Positions 1 to 8,992 of a DNA stretch of 32,000 nucleotides are shown one piece after another. The DNA lies in contig ACYB01000040.1 in assembly GCA_000175855.1 (NCBI GenBank), positions 1 through 32,000 on the forward strand, read 5' to 3'. Position 1 is the stretch's first letter. Every line of letters begins with the position of its first letter. Source of the stretch: Raphidiopsis brookii D9. Its GTDB lineage: Bacteria; Cyanobacteriota; Cyanobacteriia; Cyanobacteriales; Nostocaceae. The position numbers and the translations under genes are program-made. The notes beneath the pieces are model-generated. The model saw only the letters and a list, made by a program, of their open reading frames with translations. It was not told the origin of the DNA and ran no database searches.

Positions 1-81
1 AAAGAGCAGGAGCAACTAAAGTATCAAATCTTGCTATCACAATTAAAAGCGAAGGGTATTGATATTACTGCACTCGAATAA
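1..81 (+). CDS. 3' end of an unidentified CDS entering from upstream of the window (...KEQEQLKYQILLSQLKAKGIDITALE*)
   Basis: Frame 1 is open from base 1 to TAA at 79-81. It is too short to identify and is absent from the ORF track because it has no start in the window. Confidence 0.25.
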   Translation, partial: KEQEQLKYQILLSQLKAKGIDITALE

Positions 82-469
82 ACTATTAGAGGGTATTTAA
101 TAAAGAAGACAAAATCACTGTAGCTTGTTCTGGTTTTATTTGTCCTACCTGGGACAAGTTTTTGCCTTCTATATATTCTTGAACCAGATAAAACTCTCCC
201 ACTTCTGAAAAAGAGCTGTAAAGTTATTGCACTGCATTCACGATATGGCATTTAATAGGGACATCAGAATACTAATTTTATTTAAAGTTTTGTGTCTTTA
301 AAGAATGTGCTGTATTGGGGTGTGGTTCCATTAATTCCACTTTCTAGGACAAAGCGGGGTTAATTGTATTTCATCAATTTTCATTAGTGCCAGGTATGGA
401 AAAAGCTAGGAATAGCAAGCCTTCATCAAAATCTGGTAATTTGCAAGTGTTTACAGATGCTGGCAATCC

Positions 470-1045
470 TTATGTATTACACCTGAAAAGCATGGAGGGA
501 AAATTATCCGTTATAAAAATTGTTTGGTACGTCCTCATTCTATCAGAAAAAAATATACGTCGAGGCAAGTGACCTGACGGGGCTTTTTGTGAAAAGTTTA
601 GTCGGTCGTAACCGATCCACGAGCCCGTGCGCGAAACCCATCCTACTCGTTTTGCGAAAGACCAATCTAGTTCACTACTATTAATCCCTTCTACTCCCCC
701 CAGACTTTCGTATATCTTTTGCCGGACGGAAATACCAAATTTGCCCCTACTGTACTTTAACCACAACTTGTCAATAATGCGCAGTTCTCTACAGGGAAAT
801 TTTTCTACATCTTCTGCTGTTAGGAAACCTTCTTTTTGTCGGTTTGCTAGTGCTAGCATGACTTTGCTAGTTTCTGTATCTGCTCCTTTGAAGTTTTGTG
901 CTTTTAATAAGCTCTCTAGTCTTGTGTATCTGCTGGTCGGATTTTGAGACAGCTTCGTGGTGTTTTGTGCTATTACATCATTAAGAGGAGTTAATACTGT
1001 AAGGATTGATAATAGAACAAGTTTTGTTGATGTTTCGAGGTTCAT
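470..1045 (-). CDS. GUN4 domain-containing protein with hydrophobic N-terminus
   Basis: 191-aa ORF. N-terminal hydrophobic stretch KLVLLSILTVLTPL. GUN4-type core FPCRELRIIDKLWLKYSRGKFGISVRQKIY and GHLP near the C-terminus. Confidence 0.75.
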   Translation of the reverse strand: MNLETSTKLVLLSILTVLTPLNDVIAQNTTKLSQNPTSRYTRLESLLKAQNFKGADTETSKVMLALANRQKEGFLTAEDVEKFPCRELRIIDKLWLKYSRGKFGISVRQKIYESLGGVEGINSSELDWSFAKRVGWVSRTGSWIGYDRLNFSQKAPSGHLPRRIFFSDRMRTYQTIFITDNFPSMLFRCNT

Positions 1046-1222
1046 TGGTAAGTTACTTGGTGATAATTTTGTTAAACCTGTACGTAAACAATAAAACTTG
1101 TAGTGTTACAAAATCATCTATCTTAGGATAGATATTTTTAATGGATTATGTAACATAAGTTTGGGATTAAAAGCAATGGTTATTATAAGTTATGTGTATG
1201 AGTTTGATTTATATTGATAAAC

Positions 1223-1822
1223 TTATCTTATTGTTAGGATAAAACAGATCCGCACTTGGTTTACCTTGGTGAAGGGTGGTTTACCCGCTGCACTCCATTC
1301 CCTATGCTGTATTTGACTATGTGCTTCCCGACCATCAGAATTATAAATATCTGCTTGGATGGGTATTCGCATTAGTTGTCTATCTAAACGAGAAGTTAAA
1401 TCTCCGGTAATTTCTTCCTCTATACCCAGGGGGATATGATGGGGGTGAATCATGGGGATCCAAAAAGATGCGTTTTCACTGGTTGTAGGTGAATTCTGAG
1501 CTAAATATTCTAATTTTTGCCAAAGATAGCGAATTACTATGGCTAATAAGGCTAATAAGCGCAATGCTCCCCTGGTCCTTTGGAAATTAGGAATGGATGC
1601 TATCTTCTTAGTCAGTAGATTAAATAGTTCTGGGTGAAATGGATAGCTCTGAGCACAACTACTATCCTTACATCCACTGGGTAGAACTAAACGACTCTTT
1701 TTATAAACTTCCATATATTCCCCTGCTGCATTGGAACATATACTACTAAACATTCTTTGCTTGACTATATTGTATATCTCTTCAGGTGTAAAAAACCGGT
1801 CCTGTTCTGTGACTGCAATCAT
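1223..1822 (-). pseudogene. Isolated internal fragment of a DUF499-type (BrxC/PglY-like) ATPase gene
   Basis: The 199-aa ORF carries SYPFHPELFNLLTKKIASIPNFQRTRGALRLLA, which I recognise as the central conserved block of ~1000-aa DUF499 ATPases. There is no P-loop N-terminal part and no C-terminal half. Flanks (1046-1222, 1823-1988) are AT-rich and non-coding. Confidence 0.5.
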
Positions 1823-2045
1823 ATTCTAATACTATCCTAACTTTCGCATCTTTTAATTTTAATCTGGTTAAATGCTAAATGATCCCATAGGCGATCGCAG
1901 GTGCATTGTGATTAATTGATGTTCTACGACTAGAACCAGAACAAATGAGAAATAGAAAATAAAAAATAAGGTTGTATTTTCTCGCGGTATGTGTGATACT
2001 CTAATAGTCGTTATCTACGATTACTCTATCAAGTATTCGTACTTT

Positions 2046-3212
2046 ATGAAAACCACTTCCGACTACATAGTTACCAAATATCCACCAAGTAAAATCATGC
2101 AACTAAAATCATTCACGTTGTCGAAGCTACATGCAAAAGTATTTAAATACAAACCTGAATTGTGGCAGAAATACGAGGTAAAAAGCATTCGTACCTTATC
2201 CCTGCTATTTGGTATGGGATTGGGTTTAACCTTTCTTATTACTGCTTGTTCTCCTAATAGTACAAACAATGCGGGAAACAATCAGACTTCATCACCAAAT
2301 GAAGCTGCTAACTCTAGTCAAAGTTCGAGATTAACTAATAGTAGCACAGTAATTCGTATTGGCTACCAAAAAGCTGCAACTGTTCTCTACGCATTAAAGG
2401 CAAAAGGAGAATTAGAGAAAAGTCTGCAGAAATCAGGAGTTTCAGTGACCTGGACTGAATTTCCTGCGGGTCCACCGATGCTAGAAGCGTTAAATGCTGG
2501 GAGTATTGACTTTGGATATACCGGGGAAGCGCCACCAGTTTTTGCTCAAGCTGCAGGTACACCACTTTTATATGTAGCTTATGATCCTTTAGCAACTAAA
2601 GCGGAAGCAATTATTGTTCACAAAGATTCACCCATAAAAAGTGTAGCTGACCTCAAGGGCAAAAAAGTGGCCTTTGCCAAAGGTTCTAATACTAATTACC
2701 TAATAGTCAAAGCATTAGAAAAGGTTGGCTTGAAGTATAGTGATATCAAACCGACCTTCTTACTTCCAGCGGATGCTCGGATAGCATTTGAGGGTAAAAA
2801 TGTGGATGCTTGGGCAATTTGGGATCCTTTTTTAGCCGCAGCACAAAAAGCTACTGATGCAAGAATTCTTACGGATGCAACCGGACTAGCTCCTAATCTT
2901 GGTTATTATTTAGCGGCGAAATCCTTTGTAGATAAAAATCCAGAAGGATTAAAAACTGTTTTACGTGATGTTGATGAAGTTAGCAAGTGGGCTAAAAATA
3001 ATCCTTCGGATGTTGCTAAGTTATTGTCACCTGTTTTGGGTATAGATGTTGGAGTTTTGGAAATATCAGAACGACGACGTGATTATGGGGTGTTACCTTT
3101 AACAGAAGAAGTAATTAACAACCAACAGAAGGTAGCTGATACTTTCTACCAACTTAAATTAATCCCCAAACAAATTAATGTTCGGGAAGTGGTGACCAAG
3201 ATAGATTTTTAG
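2046..3212 (+). CDS. ssuA: Aliphatic sulfonate-type ABC transporter substrate-binding lipoprotein (SsuA family), paralog 1
   Basis: The ORF track starts at 1989; ATG 2046 and ATG 2097 are alternative starts and I cannot choose between them. Lipobox LITAC is followed by an Asn/Ser/Gln-rich linker. SsuA/NMT1-type core FPAGPPMLEALNAGSIDFGYTGEAPPVFAQAAG and C-terminal QQKVADTFYQLKLIPKQINV. Clearly paralogous to 15770-16813. Confidence 0.85.
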   Translation: MKTTSDYIVTKYPPSKIMQLKSFTLSKLHAKVFKYKPELWQKYEVKSIRTLSLLFGMGLGLTFLITACSPNSTNNAGNNQTSSPNEAANSSQSSRLTNSSTVIRIGYQKAATVLYALKAKGELEKSLQKSGVSVTWTEFPAGPPMLEALNAGSIDFGYTGEAPPVFAQAAGTPLLYVAYDPLATKAEAIIVHKDSPIKSVADLKGKKVAFAKGSNTNYLIVKALEKVGLKYSDIKPTFLLPADARIAFEGKNVDAWAIWDPFLAAAQKATDARILTDATGLAPNLGYYLAAKSFVDKNPEGLKTVLRDVDEVSKWAKNNPSDVAKLLSPVLGIDVGVLEISERRRDYGVLPLTEEVINNQQKVADTFYQLKLIPKQINVREVVTKIDF

Positions 3213-3223
3213 ATTTTGGGTTT

Positions 3224-4966
3224 ATGAATTATAGAACTACTCAAACCACTCATCAAACTACTCAATTAGTGAAAACTGATGTACTTGTAATTGGTGGTGG
3301 TACCGCAGGAACAATGGCAGGAATTAAAGCAAAGCAGGTAAACCCAGATGCTGACATTTTAATTTTAGAAAAAGCAAATATTCGCCGCAGCGGTGCAATT
3401 GCTATGGGTATGGACGGGGTGAATACAGCAGTTATTCCCGGAAACTCCACCCCAGAACAATATGTCCGTGAGGTAACTATTGCTAATGATGGTATTTTGC
3501 ACCAAAAAGCAGTTTATCAAACTGCAAAACTAGGCTATGAAACTATTAAGGAATTAGAAAGTTGGGGGGTGAAATTTCAGAAAGATCCCCACGGTAATTA
3601 TGATGTCAAACAAGTACATCGCGTCGGCAAATATGTTTTACCAATGCCAGAGGGCAAAGATTTAAAAACAATTCTCACTCGTCAGGTTAAGCGTCACCAG
3701 GTGAAAGTAATCAACCGGGTTATGGCAACTAGAATATTAGTGGAAGATGGTAAAGCAATTGGTGCAGTTGGATTTGATGTACGCAGTGGAGATTTTGTAG
3801 TTATTCAAGCCAAGGCTGTTGTCCTTTGTACAGGTGCTTGTGGAAGATTAGGGTTACCAGCTTCTGGTTATCTTTATGGGACTTATGAAAATCCCACCAA
3901 TGCTGGAGATGGTTACTCTATGGCTTATCATGCAGGAGCAGAATTAACTAACATTGAATGCTTCCAAATTAACCCACTAATTAAGGATTACAATGGCCCA
4001 GCATGTGCCTATGTAGCAGGACCCTATGGAGCATATACTGCTAATAGTCAAGGAAACCGCTTCATTAATTGTGATTACTGGAGTGGTCAAATGATGTTAG
4101 AGATTTGGAGGGAATTAAACTCTGGGAAAGGTCCAATTCAAATGAAAATGACCCATTTAGATGAGGATACAATTTCTGAAATTGAAAGCATTTTGTGGGC
4201 TAACGAGCGTCCAAGTAGAGGTAGGTTTCATCAAGGCAGAGGAGAAAATTATCGCACTCATGGTGTGGAGATGAATATTTCCGAAATTGGCTTATGTAGT
4301 GGACATAGTGCATCCGGTGTTTGGGTGAATGAAAAAGCGGAAACTACAGTTCCTGGACTTTATGCAGCTGGAGACATGGCCAGTGTTCCACATAATTATA
4401 TGATTGGCGCATTTGTTTTCGGAAGATTGGCTGGAGAAAATGCTATGGAGTACATTCAGAATTTAGAAACCGTAGAACATATAAAACCAGATCCCGATCT
4501 TTTAGAAACTGAAAAAAACCGGATTTATTCACCATTAAATCAACCAAATGGCATTCCCCATACCCAAGTTGAATATAAGTTGCGCCGGCTGATTAACGAT
4601 TACCTACAACCACCAAAATCTGGCAAAAAAATGGAAATTGGGCTAAATCATTTTATTCGTTACCATGAAACACTATCGGAAATGGGAGCACGAGATCCTC
4701 ACGAATTGATGCGCTGTATGGAGGTATATTTTATTCGTGATTGTGCAGAAATGGCAGCACGAGCATCTTTATATCGTCAAGAGAGTCGTTGGGGACTATA
4801 TCATTACCGGTTAGATTATCCCGATCAAAATGATCTTGAATGGCTATGTCATGTTAATTTGAGGAAAACTGAAGGGGGAGAAATGATTTTATTCAAACGT
4901 GCAATTGAACCTTATGTGGTATCTGTTGATTTGTCCAACGAACTTTATGATGTGGCTGTAAAATAG
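3224..4966 (+). CDS. AprA-like FAD flavoprotein (adenylylsulfate reductase alpha-like; FrdA/SdhA superfamily)
   Basis: 580 aa, starting 11 nt after the ssuA stop. N-terminal dinucleotide fold DVLVIGGGTAGTMAG. ILEKANIRRSGAIAMGMDGVNTAV resembles the AprA block ...EKA.IERSGAVAQGLSAINT. Also PGLYAAGDMA and C-terminal RQESRWGLYHYRLDYP. Confidence 0.75.
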   Translation: MNYRTTQTTHQTTQLVKTDVLVIGGGTAGTMAGIKAKQVNPDADILILEKANIRRSGAIAMGMDGVNTAVIPGNSTPEQYVREVTIANDGILHQKAVYQTAKLGYETIKELESWGVKFQKDPHGNYDVKQVHRVGKYVLPMPEGKDLKTILTRQVKRHQVKVINRVMATRILVEDGKAIGAVGFDVRSGDFVVIQAKAVVLCTGACGRLGLPASGYLYGTYENPTNAGDGYSMAYHAGAELTNIECFQINPLIKDYNGPACAYVAGPYGAYTANSQGNRFINCDYWSGQMMLEIWRELNSGKGPIQMKMTHLDEDTISEIESILWANERPSRGRFHQGRGENYRTHGVEMNISEIGLCSGHSASGVWVNEKAETTVPGLYAAGDMASVPHNYMIGAFVFGRLAGENAMEYIQNLETVEHIKPDPDLLETEKNRIYSPLNQPNGIPHTQVEYKLRRLINDYLQPPKSGKKMEIGLNHFIRYHETLSEMGARDPHELMRCMEVYFIRDCAEMAARASLYRQESRWGLYHYRLDYPDQNDLEWLCHVNLRKTEGGEMILFKRAIEPYVVSVDLSNELYDVAVK

Positions 4967-5016
4967 CAGTGTGGTTTCACAGTAAAATAATTTCACTACG
5001 GAGTAATGATAAACCT

Positions 5017-5244
5017 ATGACCTTAATTAATCAAAGAGTAGATGTCCCAGTAATTGTGGATGAATCCAAGTGTCTGGAAAAATGCGTGGCCTGTATTGAG
5101 GTTTGTCCTTTAGATGTGCTGGCTAAAAATCCAGAGACTGGCAAAGCTTACATGAAGTATGATGAATGTTGGTTCTGTCTACCCTGTGAAAAGGAGTGTC
5201 CAACCAATGCTATTACAGTACAAATTCCTTTTTTACTACGGTAG
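5017..5244 (+). CDS. Small 2x[4Fe-4S] ferredoxin, AprB-like
   Basis: The track ORF begins at GTG 4969. ATG 5017 has a GGAG 13-16 nt upstream and gives 75 aa. Cluster motifs are CLEKCVACIEVCP and DECWFCLPCEKECP; the latter closely resembles the AprB motif ECWECYSCVK.CP. Confidence 0.75.
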   Translation: MTLINQRVDVPVIVDESKCLEKCVACIEVCPLDVLAKNPETGKAYMKYDECWFCLPCEKECPTNAITVQIPFLLR

Positions 5245-5253
5245 AGACTCAAA

Positions 5254-6276
5254 ATGTCTACGGATTCTAATTACCAGGTGAATCAGTGGTTGGAGATGTT
5301 GCGATCGCCTGAAGTGGGCGATCGTCTAGTAGCGGTAAAGTCCTTACAGCATCTGGGGGAAGATCTAGCTATAGAAGGTTTAATAACTGCTTTGAAAGAT
5401 GAAAGCACCGCCGTGCAAAAAATTGCAGTATCTGCACTTTGGGAACTGGGTAATCCTCAAGCGGTTCCAGCTTTACTCGAACATCTTGGTGATTGGGATC
5501 CAGAGGTTAGAATCGAAGCTCTATCAGCTTTGGGTGAATTAATAAGTTCCCATCACTTATCGTTGTTGTTGGACGCATTAGGAAAAGAAAATGTTAATCT
5601 TCAGCTTAACATTCTGATTTTGTTGCGTAAGATCCACGATATAGGATCCCTAGATGCTGTATTATCCTTCTTCAATTCTCAACACCCAGAATTGCGAGAG
5701 GCTGCTGTGACTACTTTGCGCTATTTAAATCAAGTGCAAATATGTCCAAAAGCGTTGTCACTACTCAATGACGCTGACAACAACGTGCGACGAGCAACAG
5801 CCATAACTTTAGGATATTTAAAGGATGGAAAAATTCCTGGGTTACTCAGTCAATCAATCAGCCATGATTCCGACTGGCAAGTCCGAAAAAACGCAGCCAT
5901 ATCCCTAGTCAATCATGCTAACTCAGTGGCAGTCTCCACCCTAAAAAATGGCATAACAGATGAAAATTGGCAAGTGCGAAAATCGATCATTCAACTGTTA
6001 CAAAAAGCTCCCCAAATAGAATTATTGCCTTTATTAATTGAGAGTTTAAGGAGTGATCAGTATTCTGATGTCAGAAAAGAAGCAGCTGTAGCACTTAGTC
6101 ACCTAACAATTGGTCATCCAAGTAGTCTTGAAGCTCTGGATGCTCTAAGGACCGGATTAAATGACGAAGACACAGAAGTGCAAATTTGTTGCCAAAAGGC
6201 AATAGAGAAAATTGAATCCAATGTTAAACAACGGTCTACAGCATCTAAACCAGATGTGTCCACCGTTGATGGGTAA
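5254..6276 (+). CDS. HEAT-repeat protein (PBS-lyase/E-Z type HEAT repeats, ~10 repeats)
   Basis: 340 aa, starting 9 nt after the ferredoxin stop. Recurring D..VR..A..AL units: DPEVRIEALSALGEL, HPELREAAVTTLRYL, DNNVRRATAITLGYL, DWQVRKNAAISLVNH, NWQVRKSIIQLLQKA, YSDVRKEAAVALSHL. Confidence 0.8.
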   Translation: MSTDSNYQVNQWLEMLRSPEVGDRLVAVKSLQHLGEDLAIEGLITALKDESTAVQKIAVSALWELGNPQAVPALLEHLGDWDPEVRIEALSALGELISSHHLSLLLDALGKENVNLQLNILILLRKIHDIGSLDAVLSFFNSQHPELREAAVTTLRYLNQVQICPKALSLLNDADNNVRRATAITLGYLKDGKIPGLLSQSISHDSDWQVRKNAAISLVNHANSVAVSTLKNGITDENWQVRKSIIQLLQKAPQIELLPLLIESLRSDQYSDVRKEAAVALSHLTIGHPSSLEALDALRTGLNDEDTEVQICCQKAIEKIESNVKQRSTASKPDVSTVDG

Positions 6277-7042
6277 AACGAAGAACAGCATCTAAAAAGT
6301 AACCAATTAGTCCAATGATCACAATTACTGCTGCCAACTCCGAATATGCCAAGCGATCGCGGGTATCGAGGATAAAATAGCCAAGTCCTGCATTTACTCC
6401 TAGCATTTCTGCAGGTACTAAAACGATCCAAATCACCCCCATAGCAAGGCGAATCCCAGTCAGCAAGTGAGGAATAATGGCAGGGATTATCACCTGACTA
6501 ATTGTTTCCCACTTTGTTGCACATAGACTTTTGGATAGTAGCAACCACTGAGTATCAACGGCAGTGACCCCTGCTGAAGTATTGAGAATTACAGCCCAAA
6601 TAGCAGAAATGCTTAGTAAAAAGTAAACGGGTAAATCCCCAATACCCAAAACCATAACTGCTATGGGCATCCAAGAAAGAGGCGAAATCATACGCACTAA
6701 CTGGAATAAAACGGAGGTTGCCAGATCTAAGGATCGATACATTCCTAAAAAGATACCCATAGGAACGCCTAAACTAATTGCTATTAGTAAACCTACTAAC
6801 ACCCGGCGTAGACTGGCAAATATATGGGGAAAAATGGAGTGGCTATTAAATAATTGAAATAAGGAAACAATGCACCGCTCCAAGGAAAAGTCAACTAGCA
6901 TTAGATCCCGGTGCCATAGGGGAGTAGTGCATATCCACCAAATACTCAAACCGACCATTAGTCCGGATAGGGGTAGGGGAATTTTTTTAACAAGGTGTAG
7001 TTGCAAGGCAATAAGAAACCGGGTGACGATTTTGATGGTCAT
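6245..7042 (-). CDS. ABC transporter permease (NitT/TauT family, SsuC/TauC-like)
   Basis: 265 aa and multi-pass hydrophobic. Conserved loop [44 protein letters not shown]. Its ATG overlaps the upstream stop (ATGA at 7039-7042). Confidence 0.85.
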   Translation of the reverse strand: MTIKIVTRFLIALQLHLVKKIPLPLSGLMVGLSIWWICTTPLWHRDLMLVDFSLERCIVSLFQLFNSHSIFPHIFASLRRVLVGLLIAISLGVPMGIFLGMYRSLDLATSVLFQLVRMISPLSWMPIAVMVLGIGDLPVYFLLSISAIWAVILNTSAGVTAVDTQWLLLSKSLCATKWETISQVIIPAIIPHLLTGIRLAMGVIWIVLVPAEMLGVNAGLGYFILDTRDRLAYSELAAVIVIIGLIGYFLDAVLRFTHQRWTHLV

Positions 7043-7620
7043 TCAACTTTTCCAACTACTGTGGCTTCAGGAATTTCAATTAACTTTCCAGTCTTTACAT
7101 CATAAATGTAACCATAAATGACAATGTCTTTAGGAACTAGGGGATGATATCTTATCCTTCTAACATCTTCATAAACACTTTTGGCTTGATTGCTTATTGT
7201 TAACCAATTAATGAAATCCCCCTCTTGTGAACCTGGTCCGATACCCACATCATGCCAACCTCTCTCATCTAACTGGGCAGTTTCTAGACTGTTTGCCAAT
7301 AGTTTTCGAATAATTTCATCTGTGAAGGTTTCCATTCCACAATCCGTATGGTGAATAATAAACCATTCACGAGTACCTAAAAGCTTGTAAGAAATCACCA
7401 AAGAGCGAATGGCATCATCACTAGCTCTACCACCAGCATTCCGAATAACATGGGCATCTCCTTCAACCAGACCAGCAAATTTTGCCGGATCAAGGCGAGC
7501 ATCCATGCATGTCAAAATGGCAAATTTACGACCAGGAGGTAGGGGTAAATTTCCCTTATCCCCAAAGATTTCAGTATACTTTTGATTGGCATGAAGAACT
7601 TCTTGAACTAACTGACTCAT
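7039..7620 (-). CDS. Beta-class carbonic anhydrase (Rv1284/COS-hydrolase-like clade)
   Basis: I place the start at ATG 7620 (MSQLVQEVL...), with GAGG upstream; the track ORF extends to 7665. Zinc-site motifs are intact: [11 protein letters not shown] and [38 protein letters not shown] resembles the mycobacterial Rv1284 type. Confidence 0.85.
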   Translation of the reverse strand: MSQLVQEVLHANQKYTEIFGDKGNLPLPPGRKFAILTCMDARLDPAKFAGLVEGDAHVIRNAGGRASDDAIRSLVISYKLLGTREWFIIHHTDCGMETFTDEIIRKLLANSLETAQLDERGWHDVGIGPGSQEGDFINWLTISNQAKSVYEDVRRIRYHPLVPKDIVIYGYIYDVKTGKLIEIPEATVVGKVE

Positions 7621-7671
7621 AAAAAACCTCAATTTTTGACGAAAAGTCGCATCGAATAATATCAAAATAAT

Positions 7672-8922
7672 TTAGATAGCAAAGGTTTCAGAACGCAAAA
7701 GTTCTTTCGGTAATCCAAAAACCTCTGGACCTCCAATCTGTTGTAAAGCAGATTTAACAAAGGAATCATCCACTAAATCTGCAGCCACCTGCTTTGGCTC
7801 TAAGGTTTGCAAAAAGTTTGTTTCCCCTTCTACTTGAGTTTCTCTAAGTAATTCAACTAATTTCTCCGTGTAAGAGGGAAAAGGATAAGGTTGAAAGTCA
7901 ATTCTATTTATTCCCCAATCAGGATGGGTAATTGCTTGTTGATAAAACTTTGAGTCATAGTAGCCAAGGGATCTTTGTAAGGCACCTAGGGGATGGGGTG
8001 TGTACTTGCCTCCATCCTTAGAAAGAATTTTGGCTACTTCTAAGCGATTATTTCTTGCCCAGGATTGTGCTTTAACTATTGCATTAACTACTTTTTGAGT
8101 CCATTCTCGTCTTTGGGTAATATCTTCTTCATGAACAAATACTACACAGCAGGCATGATCTTTCCAAACATCTCCAGTAAACCGCAGAACCTTACCAGTT
8201 TTCAAATTTTCAGCCACTGCATTAAATGGCTCTGCGACTATATATCCTCCAATACTTTTATTAGCTAATGCCGAAACCATATCGGGAGGAGGTAATACAA
8301 CTAAGTTAACCTCGTTACTACCAATAGGAGCATCCTGGGCCTTACGAACCACGCTTAGTCCTTGCTGTTTGAGGATTTGTTGTAAGACTACGTTGTGGAT
8401 GGAATACCAAAACGGAACAGCTATTGTCCTTCCACCTAAATTTTTGGCACTTTCAATCTCTGGTGCCACGGTTAAAGCTGAACCATTGGTATGATTCCAG
8501 GCAATAACTTTTGCCGGAAACTTACGTCCATACCTAATCCAAATGGTAACCGGCATCAGGACATGAATTACATTGATTTGACGCGCTAAAAAAGCTTCCA
8601 CAATTTGTGACCAAGATCGAAATAGCCGTGGCTGTTCGCTAGTTAGTCCTTCCGCTTCATACAGTTTACGAGAGTGTGCAACTAATAGGGGGGCAGCATC
8701 AGTAATAGGTAAGTAACCTACTTTTACGGGCTGATCGTCTGAAAAAACTGGTTTAGTCGTAGATTGTTGAGTATTATTTGGTGGGAAGGACTTTTGCTCA
8801 CAGCCGCCCATACCTATTGTTGCTGTTAATGAAGTGGTGAAAAAACTAGTAAGCTTGAGAAAGTCTCTTCTGTTCATACCGCAGCACAGACAAGTGTAAG
8901 GATTAAAAAATGGTTTATTCAT
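7672..8922 (-). CDS. NrtA/CmpA/CynA-type ABC transporter substrate-binding protein with twin-arginine signal
   Basis: 416 aa. NRRDFLKL Tat motif followed by ...TIGMGGC (possible lipobox). NrtA-type core KVGYLPITDAAPLLVAHSRKLYEAEGL and IAVPFWYSIHNVVLQQILKQQGL. Confidence 0.8.
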   Translation of the reverse strand: MNKPFFNPYTCLCCGMNRRDFLKLTSFFTTSLTATIGMGGCEQKSFPPNNTQQSTTKPVFSDDQPVKVGYLPITDAAPLLVAHSRKLYEAEGLTSEQPRLFRSWSQIVEAFLARQINVIHVLMPVTIWIRYGRKFPAKVIAWNHTNGSALTVAPEIESAKNLGGRTIAVPFWYSIHNVVLQQILKQQGLSVVRKAQDAPIGSNEVNLVVLPPPDMVSALANKSIGGYIVAEPFNAVAENLKTGKVLRFTGDVWKDHACCVVFVHEEDITQRREWTQKVVNAIVKAQSWARNNRLEVAKILSKDGGKYTPHPLGALQRSLGYYDSKFYQQAITHPDWGINRIDFQPYPFPSYTEKLVELLRETQVEGETNFLQTLEPKQVAADLVDDSFVKSALQQIGGPEVFGLPKELLRSETFAI

Positions 8923-8992
8923 ACACTAATTTCAGATGAGTTGAATGTTAATCAATTAGAATTTAGAAGTGACAACACTTAGGAATGACAGG

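Noticed and set aside
24-251. 75-aa minus-strand ORF at the left edge
   Set aside because: Arg/Ser/Phe-rich low-complexity translation with no recognisable motif. It overlaps the open plus-strand frame that ends at 81. Most likely a chance ORF in AT-rich DNA.
387-947. Plus-strand ORFs 387-572 and 627-947
   Set aside because: Both lie antisense to, or overlap, the well-supported GUN4-domain gene, and their translations look like mirror-frame artefacts (Ser/Leu/Phe-rich, no motifs).
1116-1133. AT-rich hairpin atctatc-ttag-gatagat followed by attttta
   Set aside because: A 7-bp stem with only two G-C pairs in a non-coding gap. Its orientation fits no adjacent gene end convincingly, so it is too weak to call a terminator.
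2021-2034. Shared 14-mer ttactctatc[a/g]agt upstream of ssuA paralog 1 (2021-2034) and of the porin (13647-13660)
   Set aside because: With 13 matching positions, several such pairs are expected by chance in 32 kb of AT-rich sequence, and the first copy may lie inside the ssuA coding region. This is not enough to call a motif.
2063-2595. Minus-strand ORFs 2063-2281 and 2335-2595, and similar short antisense ORFs at 3262-3450, 6114-6431, 6663-7121, 8065-8268, 9505-9687, 12402-12611, 19764-19949, 23397-23582, 24256-25272, 27041-27229, 29410-29652 and 31486-31740
   Set aside because: All are embedded antisense in genes with strong family signatures and have no motif content of their own. They are typical shadow ORFs.
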